Source: the human T2T-CHM13v2.0 reference genome, Homo sapiens | Direction: 5' to 3' (one strand) | NCBI RefSeq assembly: GCF_009914755.1 | Contig: NC_060936.1 | Length of the DNA: 64,000 bases | Part shown: one piece after another, positions 18,873 to 38,307 of the stretch | How positions within the stretch are numbered: the stretch's first letter is position 1 | Layout: each line of letters begins with the position of its first letter | Notes under the pieces: generated by a model | Told to the model about the DNA's origin: nothing | Databases searched by the model: none | Seen by the model: the letters and a program-made list of their open reading frames with translations, nothing else | Position numbers and translations under genes: made by a program

Positions 18873-19345
18873 TGAGCCACGAAAATATGGTCTGGAGGCA
18901 GGGAACATAAGCCCAATTCACACTTCAGCTATGACAGAAAATATCCTCTCCATTTACATAGGGCGTACACCGAGTAAATGACTTTGTAACTTTACTTCAT
19001 TCTCTTCTTTTACATAGGGTGTACACTGAGTAAATGACCTTGTAACTTTACTTCATCCTCTTTATTTACATATGGCGTACACCAAGTAAATGACTTTGTA
19101 GCTCTACTTCATCCTCTTCATTTATGTAGGACATATACCAAGGAACTGATGGAAACTTCTAGAGGGTATTTAAACCCCAAAACATTCTGTAATGGGGCCC
19201 TTGAGCCCCTATGCTCAGCCTGCTACCACACTGTGGAGTATACTTTCATTTTCAATAATTTTCTTCATTTCTTTCCTTGCTTTGTGCGTTTTGTCCAATT
19301 TTTTGTTCAAGACACCAAGAACCTGGACACCCTCCACCGGTGACA
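18873..19345 (+). mobile_element. ERV1 solo LTR (MER61-like) with an internal 56-bp tandem array
   Basis: TG...CA termini, 4-bp TSD CAAC (18869-18872, 19346-19349), GGTCTGGAGGCAGGGAACATAAG start motif, TATTTAAA box and CAAGAACCTGGACACC end motif. Confidence 0.8.
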
Positions 19346-20288
19346 CAACCATCAGGCAATAGGGGTACACCTGGGAAGGACAAGGGACAGTTAGTGCAGT
19401 GAGGAATGGGAGGCAGGGCCGAGTCTCTCTGAGCTGGGAGGCTGCTCCTTCTGGCCTCTCCAAAGCCTCACTGCTTCCATTTCCCGAGGCAGATAAGGAC
19501 TGCCTCAGCCTGGGACAAAACGACCTCTCTGTGTCCACAGCCACCCACAATTGGCATAATGTTCCAGTCTCACTTCCCAGGAGCCTCTGAAGGGCCCAGC
19601 TTGGGTCAGATGGCCATTCCTGGGCCAGTCAGCTATGGCCAGGGGATGGGGTCACATGGCACCCACATGAAGCAAGGCCTATCCCTTAAGTAGGGGCTGT
19701 TGAGTGACAGGAACCGTGGAGGTGTTGACAGCCGCTCCTCAAAGTATGGTCCTAGACTGAGCAGCAGCACTTACATCACTCGGCAGCTTCTTAGCAATAC
19801 AGAATCTCAGGCCCCACCCCACACCTAAGGAATCAGAATCTGCTTATTTATTTATTTATTTTGATGATAGGTGCATGCCACCACACTTGGCTAATTTTTG
19901 TATTTTTAGTGGAGTCAGGGTTTCTCCATGTTGGCCAAGCTGATCTCAAACTCCTGACCTCAAGTGATCCACCCGCCTCAGCCTGCCAAAGTGCTGGAAT
20001 TACAGGCGTGAGCCACCGCACCCAGCCTGTAGCCCACATATTGATCCTGTCTGTTCTTTTTTTCTTTTTATTATTATTATTATTATTATACTTTAAGTTT
20101 TAGGGTACATGTGCACAATGTGCAGGTTAGTTACATATGTATACATGTGCCATGCTGGTGTGCTGCACCCATTAACTCATCATTTAGCATCAGGTATATC
20201 TCCTAATGCTATCCCTCCCCCCTCCCCCACCCCACAACAGTCCCCAGAGTGTGATGTTCCCCTTCCTGTGTCCATGTGTTCTCATTGT

Positions 20289-24114
<3,826 letters not shown>

Positions 24115-24177
24115 TATGATGTTAGCTGGTTATTTTGCTCGTTAGTTGATGCAGTTTCTTCCTAGTCTCGATGGTCT

Positions 24178-25194
24178 TTACATTTTGGCATGATTTTGCA
24201 GTGGCTGGTACAAGTTTTTCCTTTCCATGTTTAGTGCTTCCTTCGGGAGCTCTTTTAGGGCAGGCCTGGTGGTGATGAAATCTCTCAGCATTTGCTTGTC
24301 TGTAAAGGATTTTATTTCTCCTTCGCTTATGAAGCTTAGTTTGGCTGGATATGAAATTCTGGGTTGAAAATTCTTTTCTTTAAGAATGTTGAATATTGGC
24401 CCCCACTCTCTTCTGGCTTGTAGAGTTTCTGCCAAGAGATCCGCTGTTAGTCTGATGGGCTTCCCTTTGTGGGTAACCCGACCTTTCTCTCTGGCTGCCC
24501 TTAACATTTTTTCCTTCATTTCAACTTTGGTGAATCTGACAATTATGTGTCTTGGAGTTGCTCTTCTCGAGGAGTATCTTTGTGGTGTTCTCTGTATTTC
24601 CTGAATCTGAATGTTGGCCTGCCTTGCTAGATTGGGGAAGTTCTCCTGGATAATATCCTGCAGAGTGTTTTCCAACTTGGTTCCATTCTCCCTGTCAATT
24701 TCAGGTACACCAATCAGACGCAGATTTGGTCTTTTCACATAGTCCCATATTTCTTGGAGGCTTTGTTCATTTCTTTTTATTCTTTTTTCTCTAAACTTCC
24801 CTTCTCGCTTCGTTTCATTCATTTCATCTTCCATCACTGATACCCTTTCTTCCAGTTGATCACATCGGCTCCTGAGGCTTCTGCATTCTTCACGTAGTTC
24901 TCAAGCCTTGGCTTTCAGCTCCATCAGCTCCTTTAAGCACTTCTCTTTATTGGTTATTCTAGTTATACATTCGTCCAAAATTTTTTCAAAGTTTTCAACT
25001 TCTTTGCCTTTGGTTTGAATTTCCTCCTGTAGCTCGGAGTAGTTTGATCATCTGAAGCCTTCTTCTCTCAACTCGTCAAAGTCATTCTCCATCCAGCTTT
25101 GTTCTGTTGCTGGTGAGGAACTGCGTTCCTTTGGAGGAGGAGAGGTGCTCTGCTTTTTAGAGTTTCCAGTTTTTCTGCTCTGTTTTTTCCCCAT
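24178..25194 (-). pseudogene. L1 ORF1 (338 codons) with two TGA nonsense codons (codons 49 and 98)
   Basis: Manual translation from the ATG at 25194 gives MGKKQSRKTG...; TGA at 25048-25050 and 24901-24903 (likely CGA>TGA); no net frameshift. Confidence 0.92.
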
Positions 25195-25773
25195 CTTTGT
25201 GGTTTTATCTACTTTTGGTCTTTGATGATGGTGATGTACAGATGGGTTTTTGGTATGGATGTCCTTTCTGTTTGTTAGTTTTCCTTCTAACAGACAGGAC
25301 CCTCAGCTGCAGGTCTGTTGGAGTTTGCTAGAGGTCCACTCCAGACCCTGTTTGCCTGGGTATCAGCAGCGGTGTCTGCAGAACCGTGGATTTTCGTGAT
25401 CCGTGAATGCTGTTGTCTGATCGTTCCTCTGGAAGTTTTGTCTCAGAGGAGTACCCGGCCGTGTGAGGTGTCAGTCTGCCCCTACTGGGGGGTGCCTCCC
25501 AGTTAGGCTGCTTGGGGGTCAGGGGTCAGGGACCCACTTGAGGAGGCAGTCTGCCCCTTCTCAGATCTCCAGCTGCGTGCTGGGAGAACCACTGCTCTCC
25601 TCAAAGCTGTCAGACAGGGACATTTAAGTCTGCAGAGGTTACTGCTGTCTTTTTGTCTGTGCCCTGCCCCCAGAGGTGGAGCCTACCGAGGCAGGCAGGC
25701 CTCCTTGAGCTGTGGTGGGCTCCACCCAGTTCGAGCTTCCTGGCTGCTTTGTTTACCTAAGTAAGCCTGGGCA

Positions 25774-26028
25774 ATGGCGGGCACCCCTCCCCCAGCCTCC
25801 CTGCTGCCTTGCAGTTTGATCTCGGACTGCTGTGCTAGCAATCAGCGAGACTCCTTGGGCATAGGACCCTCCGAGCCAGGTGCGGGGTACAATCTCCTGG
25901 TGCGCCGTTTCCTAAGCCCGTCGGAAAAGCGCAATATTCGGGTGGGAGTGGCCCGATTTTCCAGGCGCTGTCTGTCACCCCTTTCCTTGACCAGGAAAGG
26001 GAACTCCCTGACCCCTTGTGCTTCCTGA
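25774..26028 (+). CDS. L1 antisense ORF0, open, 84 aa
   Basis: MAGTPPPASLLPCSLISDCCASNQRDS... matches primate L1 ORF0; strong Kozak context GCAATGG. Expression is not shown. Confidence 0.7.
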   Translation: MAGTPPPASLLPCSLISDCCASNQRDSLGIGPSEPGAGYNLLVRRFLSPSEKRNIRVGVARFSRRCLSPLSLTRKGNSLTPCAS

Positions 26029-27858
<1,830 letters not shown>

Positions 27859-27873
27859 CTTATTTATTTTTAA

Positions 27874-28002
<129 letters not shown>

Positions 28003-28005
28003 TGA

Positions 28006-28191
<186 letters not shown>

Positions 28192-28415
28192 TAAAAAACA
28201 TTTAAAAGTCTGTTTCTGTGGGTCGGGAGTTTGGGTATGGCTTGGCTGGGTGCGCCTGGCATAGTCTCTCACGGGGCCACGATCAAGTTGTGGGCTGGGG
28301 ATGCCATCAGCTAAAGGCTCAATTTGGTGAGTATCCTTTCTAAGCTCATGTATGTGTGGGTAGTCCTTAGGTACTCACTGGCAGCTGGTAAGAGATGTTA
28401 GTTCCTCGCCATGTC

Positions 28416-29438
28416 TGTAATGGACTGAATAGTATATTGCCCCAAAATTCATGTTTGCACAGAAGCTCAGAATGTGACCTTATTTGGAAATAGGGTCTTT
28501 GCAGATGTAATTAAGATGAGATCGTGCTGGATGATGTTGGGCCCTAAATCCAACGACTGTTTTATTAAGAGGAGAGGACACAGAGAGACACACAGGGAAG
28601 GCCATGTGAAGACAGAGGAAGAGCCTGGAGTGATACAGCCAAAGAATGCCAAGGACTGTCTGGAGCCACCAGAAGGAAGGAGTCTTCCCTGTAGCCTTCA
28701 GAGGGAACATGGCTTTGTTGACACTTTTTTTTTTTTTTTTTTGAGACAGTCTCACACTGTCGCCCAGGCTGGAGTGCAGTGGCGTGATCTTGACTCACTG
28801 CAAGCTGTGCCTCTCGGGTTCACGCCATTCTCCTGCCTCAGCCTCCTGAGTCGCTGGGACTACAGGAGTCCGCCACCCGACCTGGCTATTTTTCTGTATT
28901 TTTAGTAGAGATGGGGGGTTTCACCGTGTTAGCTGAGACGGTCTAGATCTCCTGACCTCATGATCTGCCCAACTCGGCCTCCCAAAGTGCTGGGATTACA
29001 GGCATGAGCCACCGTGCCCCACCACTTTTTTTTTTGAGATAGAGTCTCGATCTGTTGCCCAGACTGGAGTTCACAGGTGCGGTCTCCGTTCACTGCAACC
29101 TCTCTGCCTCCCGGGTTCAGGTGATTCTCCTGGCTCAGCCTCCAGAGTAGCTGGGATTACAGGTGCCTGCCACCACCACTGGCTAATTTTTTTATTTTTA
29201 TTTTTAGTAGAGACAGGGTTTCACCATGTTGGCCAGGCTGGTCTCGAACTCCTGACCTCAAGTGATCTGCCCGCTTTGGCCTCCCAAAGTGCTGGGAGTA
29301 CAGGAGTGAGCCACAGTACTCGGCCTCTGCTGACACATTCATTACAGACTTCTAGCATCTGGAGCTGTGAGGATAAACTTCTGTTGTTTTAAGCCACCCA
29401 ATTTGTGATACTTTGTTACAGCAGCCTTAGGAACCAAG
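28416..29438 (+). mobile_element. MLT1-type MaLR LTR interrupted by two Alus, apparently nested in an older oppositely oriented MLT1
   Basis: AATGTGACCTTATTTGGAAATAGGGTCTTTGCAGATGTAATTAAG and TTCTGTTGTTTTAAGCCACCCA...TTTGTTACAGCAGCC motifs. Confidence 0.75.
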
Positions 29439-30474
29439 TGAGCTGGCTTCCCTAAGAGCAGATAAGTAAAAGAGTCAGAGAGGGCCCCAATGGAAGCCAG
29501 AGTTTTTCTGCTACCTAATCTTGAACATGACATCTGTTCACTGAAAGCAAACCACTTGATCCAGACCACATGCAGGGCGAGAGGACTACATAAGATCATA
29601 AATACCAAGATGTGAGCATCACTGGAGGCTGTGAACCAGGGCTGCCACACCAGCAAAAAACAGAGGAATTTCATTGGAAGAAACCGCTTTCTTCAGGGTT
29701 CTGCCTTCTCCATTCATTGATTCCTTCGACAAATAAATTTATTAAGTACCTACAATGGACTGGGTATTAGGGACATATGACCAATAAGACAAATAAGATT
29801 CTTTCCCTTGTTGAGATTATTTAGTTACAGGATAATAGGAACATCTGATTTAGATTAGGAAAGGAGGGTATGGGCAAGGCATGCCTTTCTGAAAAAACAT
29901 TATCAAGAATTGGCCAGGTGTGGTGGCTCACGCCTGTAATCCCAGCACTCTAGGAGGCTGACGTGGGCGGATCACCTAAGGTCAGGAGTTCGAGACCAGC
30001 CTGGCCAACATGGTGAAACCCTGTCTCTACTAAAAATACAAAAATTAGCCGGGCGTGGTGGCGGGTGCCTGTAATCCCAGCAACTCGGGAGGCTGAGGCA
30101 GAAGAATCACTTGAACTCAGGAGGCGGCGGTTGCAGTGAGCCGAGATCGCACCACTGCACTCCAGCCTGGGGGACACAGTGAGCCTCCGCCTCAAAGAAG
30201 AATAAAGTTGAAGAATGAGTAGAAACCAGGCTGTGTGTGTATGTGTGTGTGTTATGAGGGAAGCATGAGTTTCTAGGTAGTGGGAAAGCACGTGCAAATA
30301 AGTCGGTAAGTTGAACAGCTAGACTAAAAGCTGCTTGAGAGCAGGGACCTTGTCTCTTCATTGCTGCATCTCTATTATACGACATCATCTCTGCATCTCT
30401 ATTACAAGACATAGAGCCTGGCAGAGAGAAATTCTTACTGGATGAAATGAATGAATAAATCCAAGGCATCTTCT

Positions 30475-30551
30475 ATAGGTTAGTGCAAAAATGACTGCAG
30501 TTTTTGCCATTATTTTTAAATGGCAAAAACCACAATTACTTTTGCACGAAT
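30475..30551. mobile_element. MADE1 (Hsmar1-derived palindromic MITE)
   Basis: TAGGTTAGTGCAAAAATGACTGCAGTTTTTGCCATT...AATGGCAAAAACCACAATTACTTTTGCAC inverted repeat. Confidence 0.88.
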
Positions 30552-31049
30552 ATTTCCTGTTACAGATGTCAACTGAAGTCATTTAAAAATTTTCTCCCAA
30601 AGTTCATCGCGGGATCATTGCTCTTATTCATATTAGGTAGCATAGGCAAAGCTGCTAGAACAAAAGACTCAAAGTAAGTAAACGGTCAACACAAGTTTAT
30701 TTATTCTCACATAACAATACTGAGTGGATATTTAGGTCAGTAAGGCACAGTTCTCCTCCACTTAGGAATCTCCCATCTTCAGGCCTTGCCTTCTCCAGAG
30801 CCTGGTCACCATCTGCTTCCAGTTGGCAGAAGGAGTAACAGCACAGGGGAGCACCTGTTGGAGGTCTGTATGGGCCAGGCCTGGAAACTGCACACCTCTT
30901 CTGGTCACTTTCCGCTGGGGAGAGCATAGGCACAGAGCCACACTTAAATTTTACTTTGAGGAATGCAGTGTAGGTGTATGTCCGACAAAGAAAACAATAA
31001 TTCGGTAGACAAATAAGTCTCCACTCCAATATTCAATTACTTACTTAAC

Positions 31050-32410
<1,361 letters not shown>

Positions 32411-33256
32411 ACCATTGACAGACGATTAGTCAAAAGCTCTTGCAAAGCCCTTTGATAGGTTATCGGTGGAGAGTAGGGAGCACAAACCTGGGGTCCCATT
32501 CTAGCTTGACCACTTCTCGGCTGTGCACAAACTAGTCTAGCTCTCCTGAGCCTCAGTTACCTATTTTGCAAATTAGGGATGGGAACATCCATACCTCACG
32601 ACGCCAAACGGCTACCTTGTAAAGACGAAAGGAGGAAATGCAGGAAATAACTCCACGTAAGGTTAATGCTCCGTAAACAGAGCTGCTACTGCTATTATAT
32701 ATTCTATACAATCCTGCGCCCTTAACGGCAGGACCCTTTCAGTGCTTCAGTCCTGTCTTCTCTCTCCTGGGTTGACCTCCACAGATCCTCTCAGAAGAGC
32801 GTTTTCCAGGCGTGAATCTCCGCAGAGTGGAGATAAAGGCTGAGGCCCCAACGCACGCGCACTCACGCGAGTCCGGGCCTATGACGTCATTAGCGCAGCG
32901 CCATCGCCGCGGAAGGCCCAGGGGCCTGTCCTGTATGCGGCGTGTCTTAGGGAGGCCCAGGCGGACGCCTGCAAGTCGGGTGCGCGGTTCGGGGGCGGCT
33001 CGGAAACCCCAGCGGAAGGCAGCAAGGGGCGCGTGGGGCCGTGGAGTCACGAAGCTGGGCGGCAGGAGGGGCGGCCTGGAGCTCCCGCGGGGCACAGCGC
33101 GTGCGTGAGGGCGGCCGGCGGGGCTGCCCGGCGCGGGTGTCCCGGCGATGTGTGGCGCTGAGGCGGCGGCGGGAGCAGCGGCGCCGAGCTCTGCTTCGGC
33201 TTCGGCTTCGGCTTCGCGGCGGTGCAGGCGGCGGAGGCGGAGGCGCAGGCTCTTCT

Positions 33257-33676
33257 TTAGGACCTGGCGAGCCCAGGTCTAAGCGGCGGCCCCGCGAGGC
33301 CCTTGCACGGCGCCCCGGGTCGAGGCCCTCCCCGCCTCGCCCTACCCCAGGAGCCTGCCTCCCCAGCTGGGGATGAGGCTAGGAGGCGGCCGCGTGGGGC
33401 CCAGCACAAAGACCTGTCCCCAGGGGCCGCCGCCTCCGCCGCTGCTGCTGCCGCCAGCCTAGAGCCGCCCGCCGAAGCAGAGCCGGCGCCGGGGTCCTCA
33501 TCCCCACCGGTCCCGAGGGGCGGCTGCTGCCCGTCGCCACGAGGCCCAGGGGCCCGAGTGCCGAGCCCTTTGCTCCCTCGGCCGCGCGGGGACAGGGCTG
33601 CTGAGCAGCCTCCGCCTCTCCCGGCTGTGGGGGCCCCACTGAGTATGTCGGAGGAGAGCGACATGGACAAAGCCAT
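33257..33676 (-). CDS. MAPKAPK5-AS1: Putative 139-aa ORF of MAPKAPK5-AS1 (MALSMSLSSDILSGAPTAG...)
   Basis: ATG at 33676, inside MAPKAPK5 coding exon 1 on the opposite strand, to TAA at 33257. It matches my recollection of the putative C12orf47 product; translation is uncertain. Confidence 0.4.
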   Translation of the reverse strand: MALSMSLSSDILSGAPTAGRGGGCSAALSPRGRGSKGLGTRAPGPRGDGQQPPLGTGGDEDPGAGSASAGGSRLAAAAAAEAAAPGDRSLCWAPRGRLLASSPAGEAGSWGRARRGGPRPGAPCKGLAGPPLRPGLARS

Positions 33677-33680
33677 CAAG
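33645..33680 (+). CDS. MAPKAPK5: MAPKAPK5 exon 1 coding part (MSEESDMDKAIK)
   Basis: ATG at 33645 and donor AAG|GTAAGG; this is the known MK5/PRAK N-terminus. Confidence 0.96.
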
Positions 33681-34675
33681 GTAAGGGGGAGGTGCCCCCT
33701 CTTCCCCCGCGTTGTCCTGTGGCGTTCTTCTCGGCTCTAGCCTCAAAAAGCAGGGAGATTTTGCAGTGAGAGGTTCCATCGACTACCGGGTTTCGGCCTC
33801 CCCCGGATTCCGTGGATCGCGCTTTACAGCCCTGGGGCCAAGGGTTATGGGTGTGGGTGTAGGTGTGTGTCCGACTCCCGCCAGCTTCCCTGGTGAGTGT
33901 GATTTGTGCTCAGCTGGAACAGAGGTGAGTGGCCTGGAGACACTATTAAGTGTCAATGAATGGGACGAAGAGAGCCCTACTACTACTACTACACGTTTCG
34001 ATCACTCCCCAAGGCCGCCAGCATTTGCTTCCGGATGGTCTACAGAACTTGGAGAGTTGGAATTTATCCATCCCTCCCGATTTGTTTGAAATCAGCCTTC
34101 TGGAAATCTGCAGTTGGAAAAAGGTGGTTCGCCGTACAAAACCTGTCCTTTGGGGAATAGGTTGTCCTCACTTTTCCGTGTATTCTCCCCTTTTTCTTTT
34201 TCCTCTTCTTTCTCCTAGGAAGCATTGAGTTTACTTAGGAAAAGTTAACAGTTCCTGTGACTTAACTGCACTTAAACCAAAAGAAAAGCAAATGTGTGTT
34301 CGAAAATTACACAAATAAAATAAGTTTTCTAAAACCTGTTTTTAACTTTTTTTTTTTTTAAAGGCACATTTTGCCCACTCAGGGCCAGTTATCTGTCTTG
34401 ACAGCTGTAGCTAAGAAATTAGTCTTATGAAAATTAAACATTGACGCTTAAAGTTTGATGTATTATTTACTTATTTGTAGTGTTAAGTCAGCCCAGTGCA
34501 TTGAATAATTTCATTTTATCTTGAAGGACAGGCATCTATTGGCAGCTTGGGGTTATTTTCCCCTTCAAGACAGTTACTAGTAATGATTAAGAATTTACAT
34601 TTCTACCAATTCTTTAGGTGGTGTATATAGTTTCTCAAAATCATCAAGTCATTCCAAAGAAACTTAACCCTTTAA

Positions 34676-34913
<238 letters not shown>

Positions 34914-35081
34914 TAGTAGAGACGGGGTTTCACCGTAATAGCCAGGATGGGCTCGATCTCCTGACCTCGTGATCTGCCCGCCTTGGCCTCCCAAAATGGT
35001 GGGATTACAGGCGTGAGCCACCGTGCCTGGCCCAAGGAAGACGAGGTTTTAAATCATAAAGATTCTAAAAGACTGCCTTGA

Positions 35082-35282
<201 letters not shown>

Positions 35283-36020
35283 TAGTAGAGGTGGGGTTTC
35301 ACTGTGTTAGCCAGGATGGTCTCCATCTCCTGACGTCATGATTTGCCCGCCTCGGCCTCCCAAAGTTCTGAGATAACAGGTGTGAGCCACCGCGCCCAGC
35401 CTTGGTTTGGGTTTTATTGGCACAGAGGCATGATATGCCGCCTGAAGTTATTTAATTGGGTTGTGAATCAAAGCGTATGTGGCCAGTTTTTAAACATTGT
35501 CTCCTGTGTGCCAGATGGTGTCCTAGACACAAATGGTACAAGCCAGACTCCTAGATGTCCCTACTGTCATGTAGCTTATATTCTAGAGGGTGGGGTTACT
35601 GCTAGGTGGTTTTAATTAAGTGTGGAAAGGGTGAGGAGTACTGTGTTAAATAGGGTAGTCCGAGGAGGTGACACTGTAGAGTTCTGATGGAAATGCGAGA
35701 GCAAGCCACCACTGTCTCAGGGAAGAGTATAACAGGCAGTGGGAATAGCAAGGACAGACCTTGAGGTAGAAGCAGGTGTAGTGTGATGTAGGAAGAGCAA
35801 GGTGGCTGGAATGCAGTGGGTCAGTGGAGATGATGTAGAGCAGCAATGGGAAGCAAGGCACTTAGGGCCTTGTAGGCCATCGTAAGAACTTTGGGTTTGA
35901 CCCTGATTAAAAGGGGAACTATAGGAGAGTTTTGAACAGAAGAGAGACATAGTTCCAGGAGATAAGTATACAAATAGGGCAGCAATGTCACTTAGTGGTT
36001 GTTATAGCTTCTCTAGGTAG

Positions 36021-36426
<406 letters not shown>

Positions 36427-36623
36427 TAGTTTCCTCATCTGTAGATGGGATAAAAGCACTCCCAGCTTATAGGGTTTTTTGTTGGTTTGTTTGTTAGTTT
36501 TTGAGGATTAAATGAGCAGATATACCCAAATGTGCTTATAATAATACCTAGGCCAGGCACGGTGGCTCACACCTGTAATCCCAGCACTTTGGGAAGCCTA
36601 GGCGGGCGGATCACCTGAGGTCA

Positions 36624-36863
<240 letters not shown>

Positions 36864-37295
36864 TCAATGAATATTAGCTCATAGCAACTTAAGGGTGCTT
36901 TAGAAAGAGTTGTTTTTTTCACTTGACTCTTGCCCAGCCCAATTTTCTTAAAATTTTTTTAGCTTTTCTTCACTCAGAAGTACTCAATAGGTCATGGTGA
37001 ATCTACGCTAATTTGGGCATTTCCAGCCAATACCTATTGGTGGACTTGAAAATCAGTACTGATTAGGATGTACTGCTTTGGAAGCAAGCCAGCATTACAT
37101 CAAATAAAAAACATTTGGTCTGTGGCATTGTGTTGTATTCATTGTTTTGCTTTTTGGGGGGTGTTCAGCAGATGGTGAGCACTGAGACAAACCTGTAGTG
37201 TTCAGCTGGAAAGCTATTTTCCTGGCCTCCAGCCACAACACTTTAACTCTTGCTGCCAGACTACCTGAGAGTGGGTTGATTGGACTTTAAGATCT

Positions 37296-38086
<791 letters not shown>

Positions 38087-38092
38087 CTACTA

Positions 38093-38307
<215 letters not shown>

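Larger units (their letters stand above)
32810..33850. promoter_or_regulatory. CpG island / bidirectional promoter of MAPKAPK5 and MAPKAPK5-AS1
   Basis: Very high GC and CpG density. Palindromic CRE ATGACGTCAT at 32881-32890, ETS GCGGAAG (about 32909 and 33012), NRF1-like GCGC/ACGC tracts, GC boxes; no TATA box seen. Confidence 0.88.

Noticed and set aside
18944-19142. Regularly spaced repeats resembling a CRISPR array
   Set aside because: The units are head-to-tail with no unique spacers, lie inside a retroviral LTR in a primate genome, and no cas genes are present.
33977-33992. (CTA)n tract giving poly-Tyr/poly-Thr ORFs in intron 1
   Set aside because: It is a short microsatellite, and the ORFs lack splice signals or homology.
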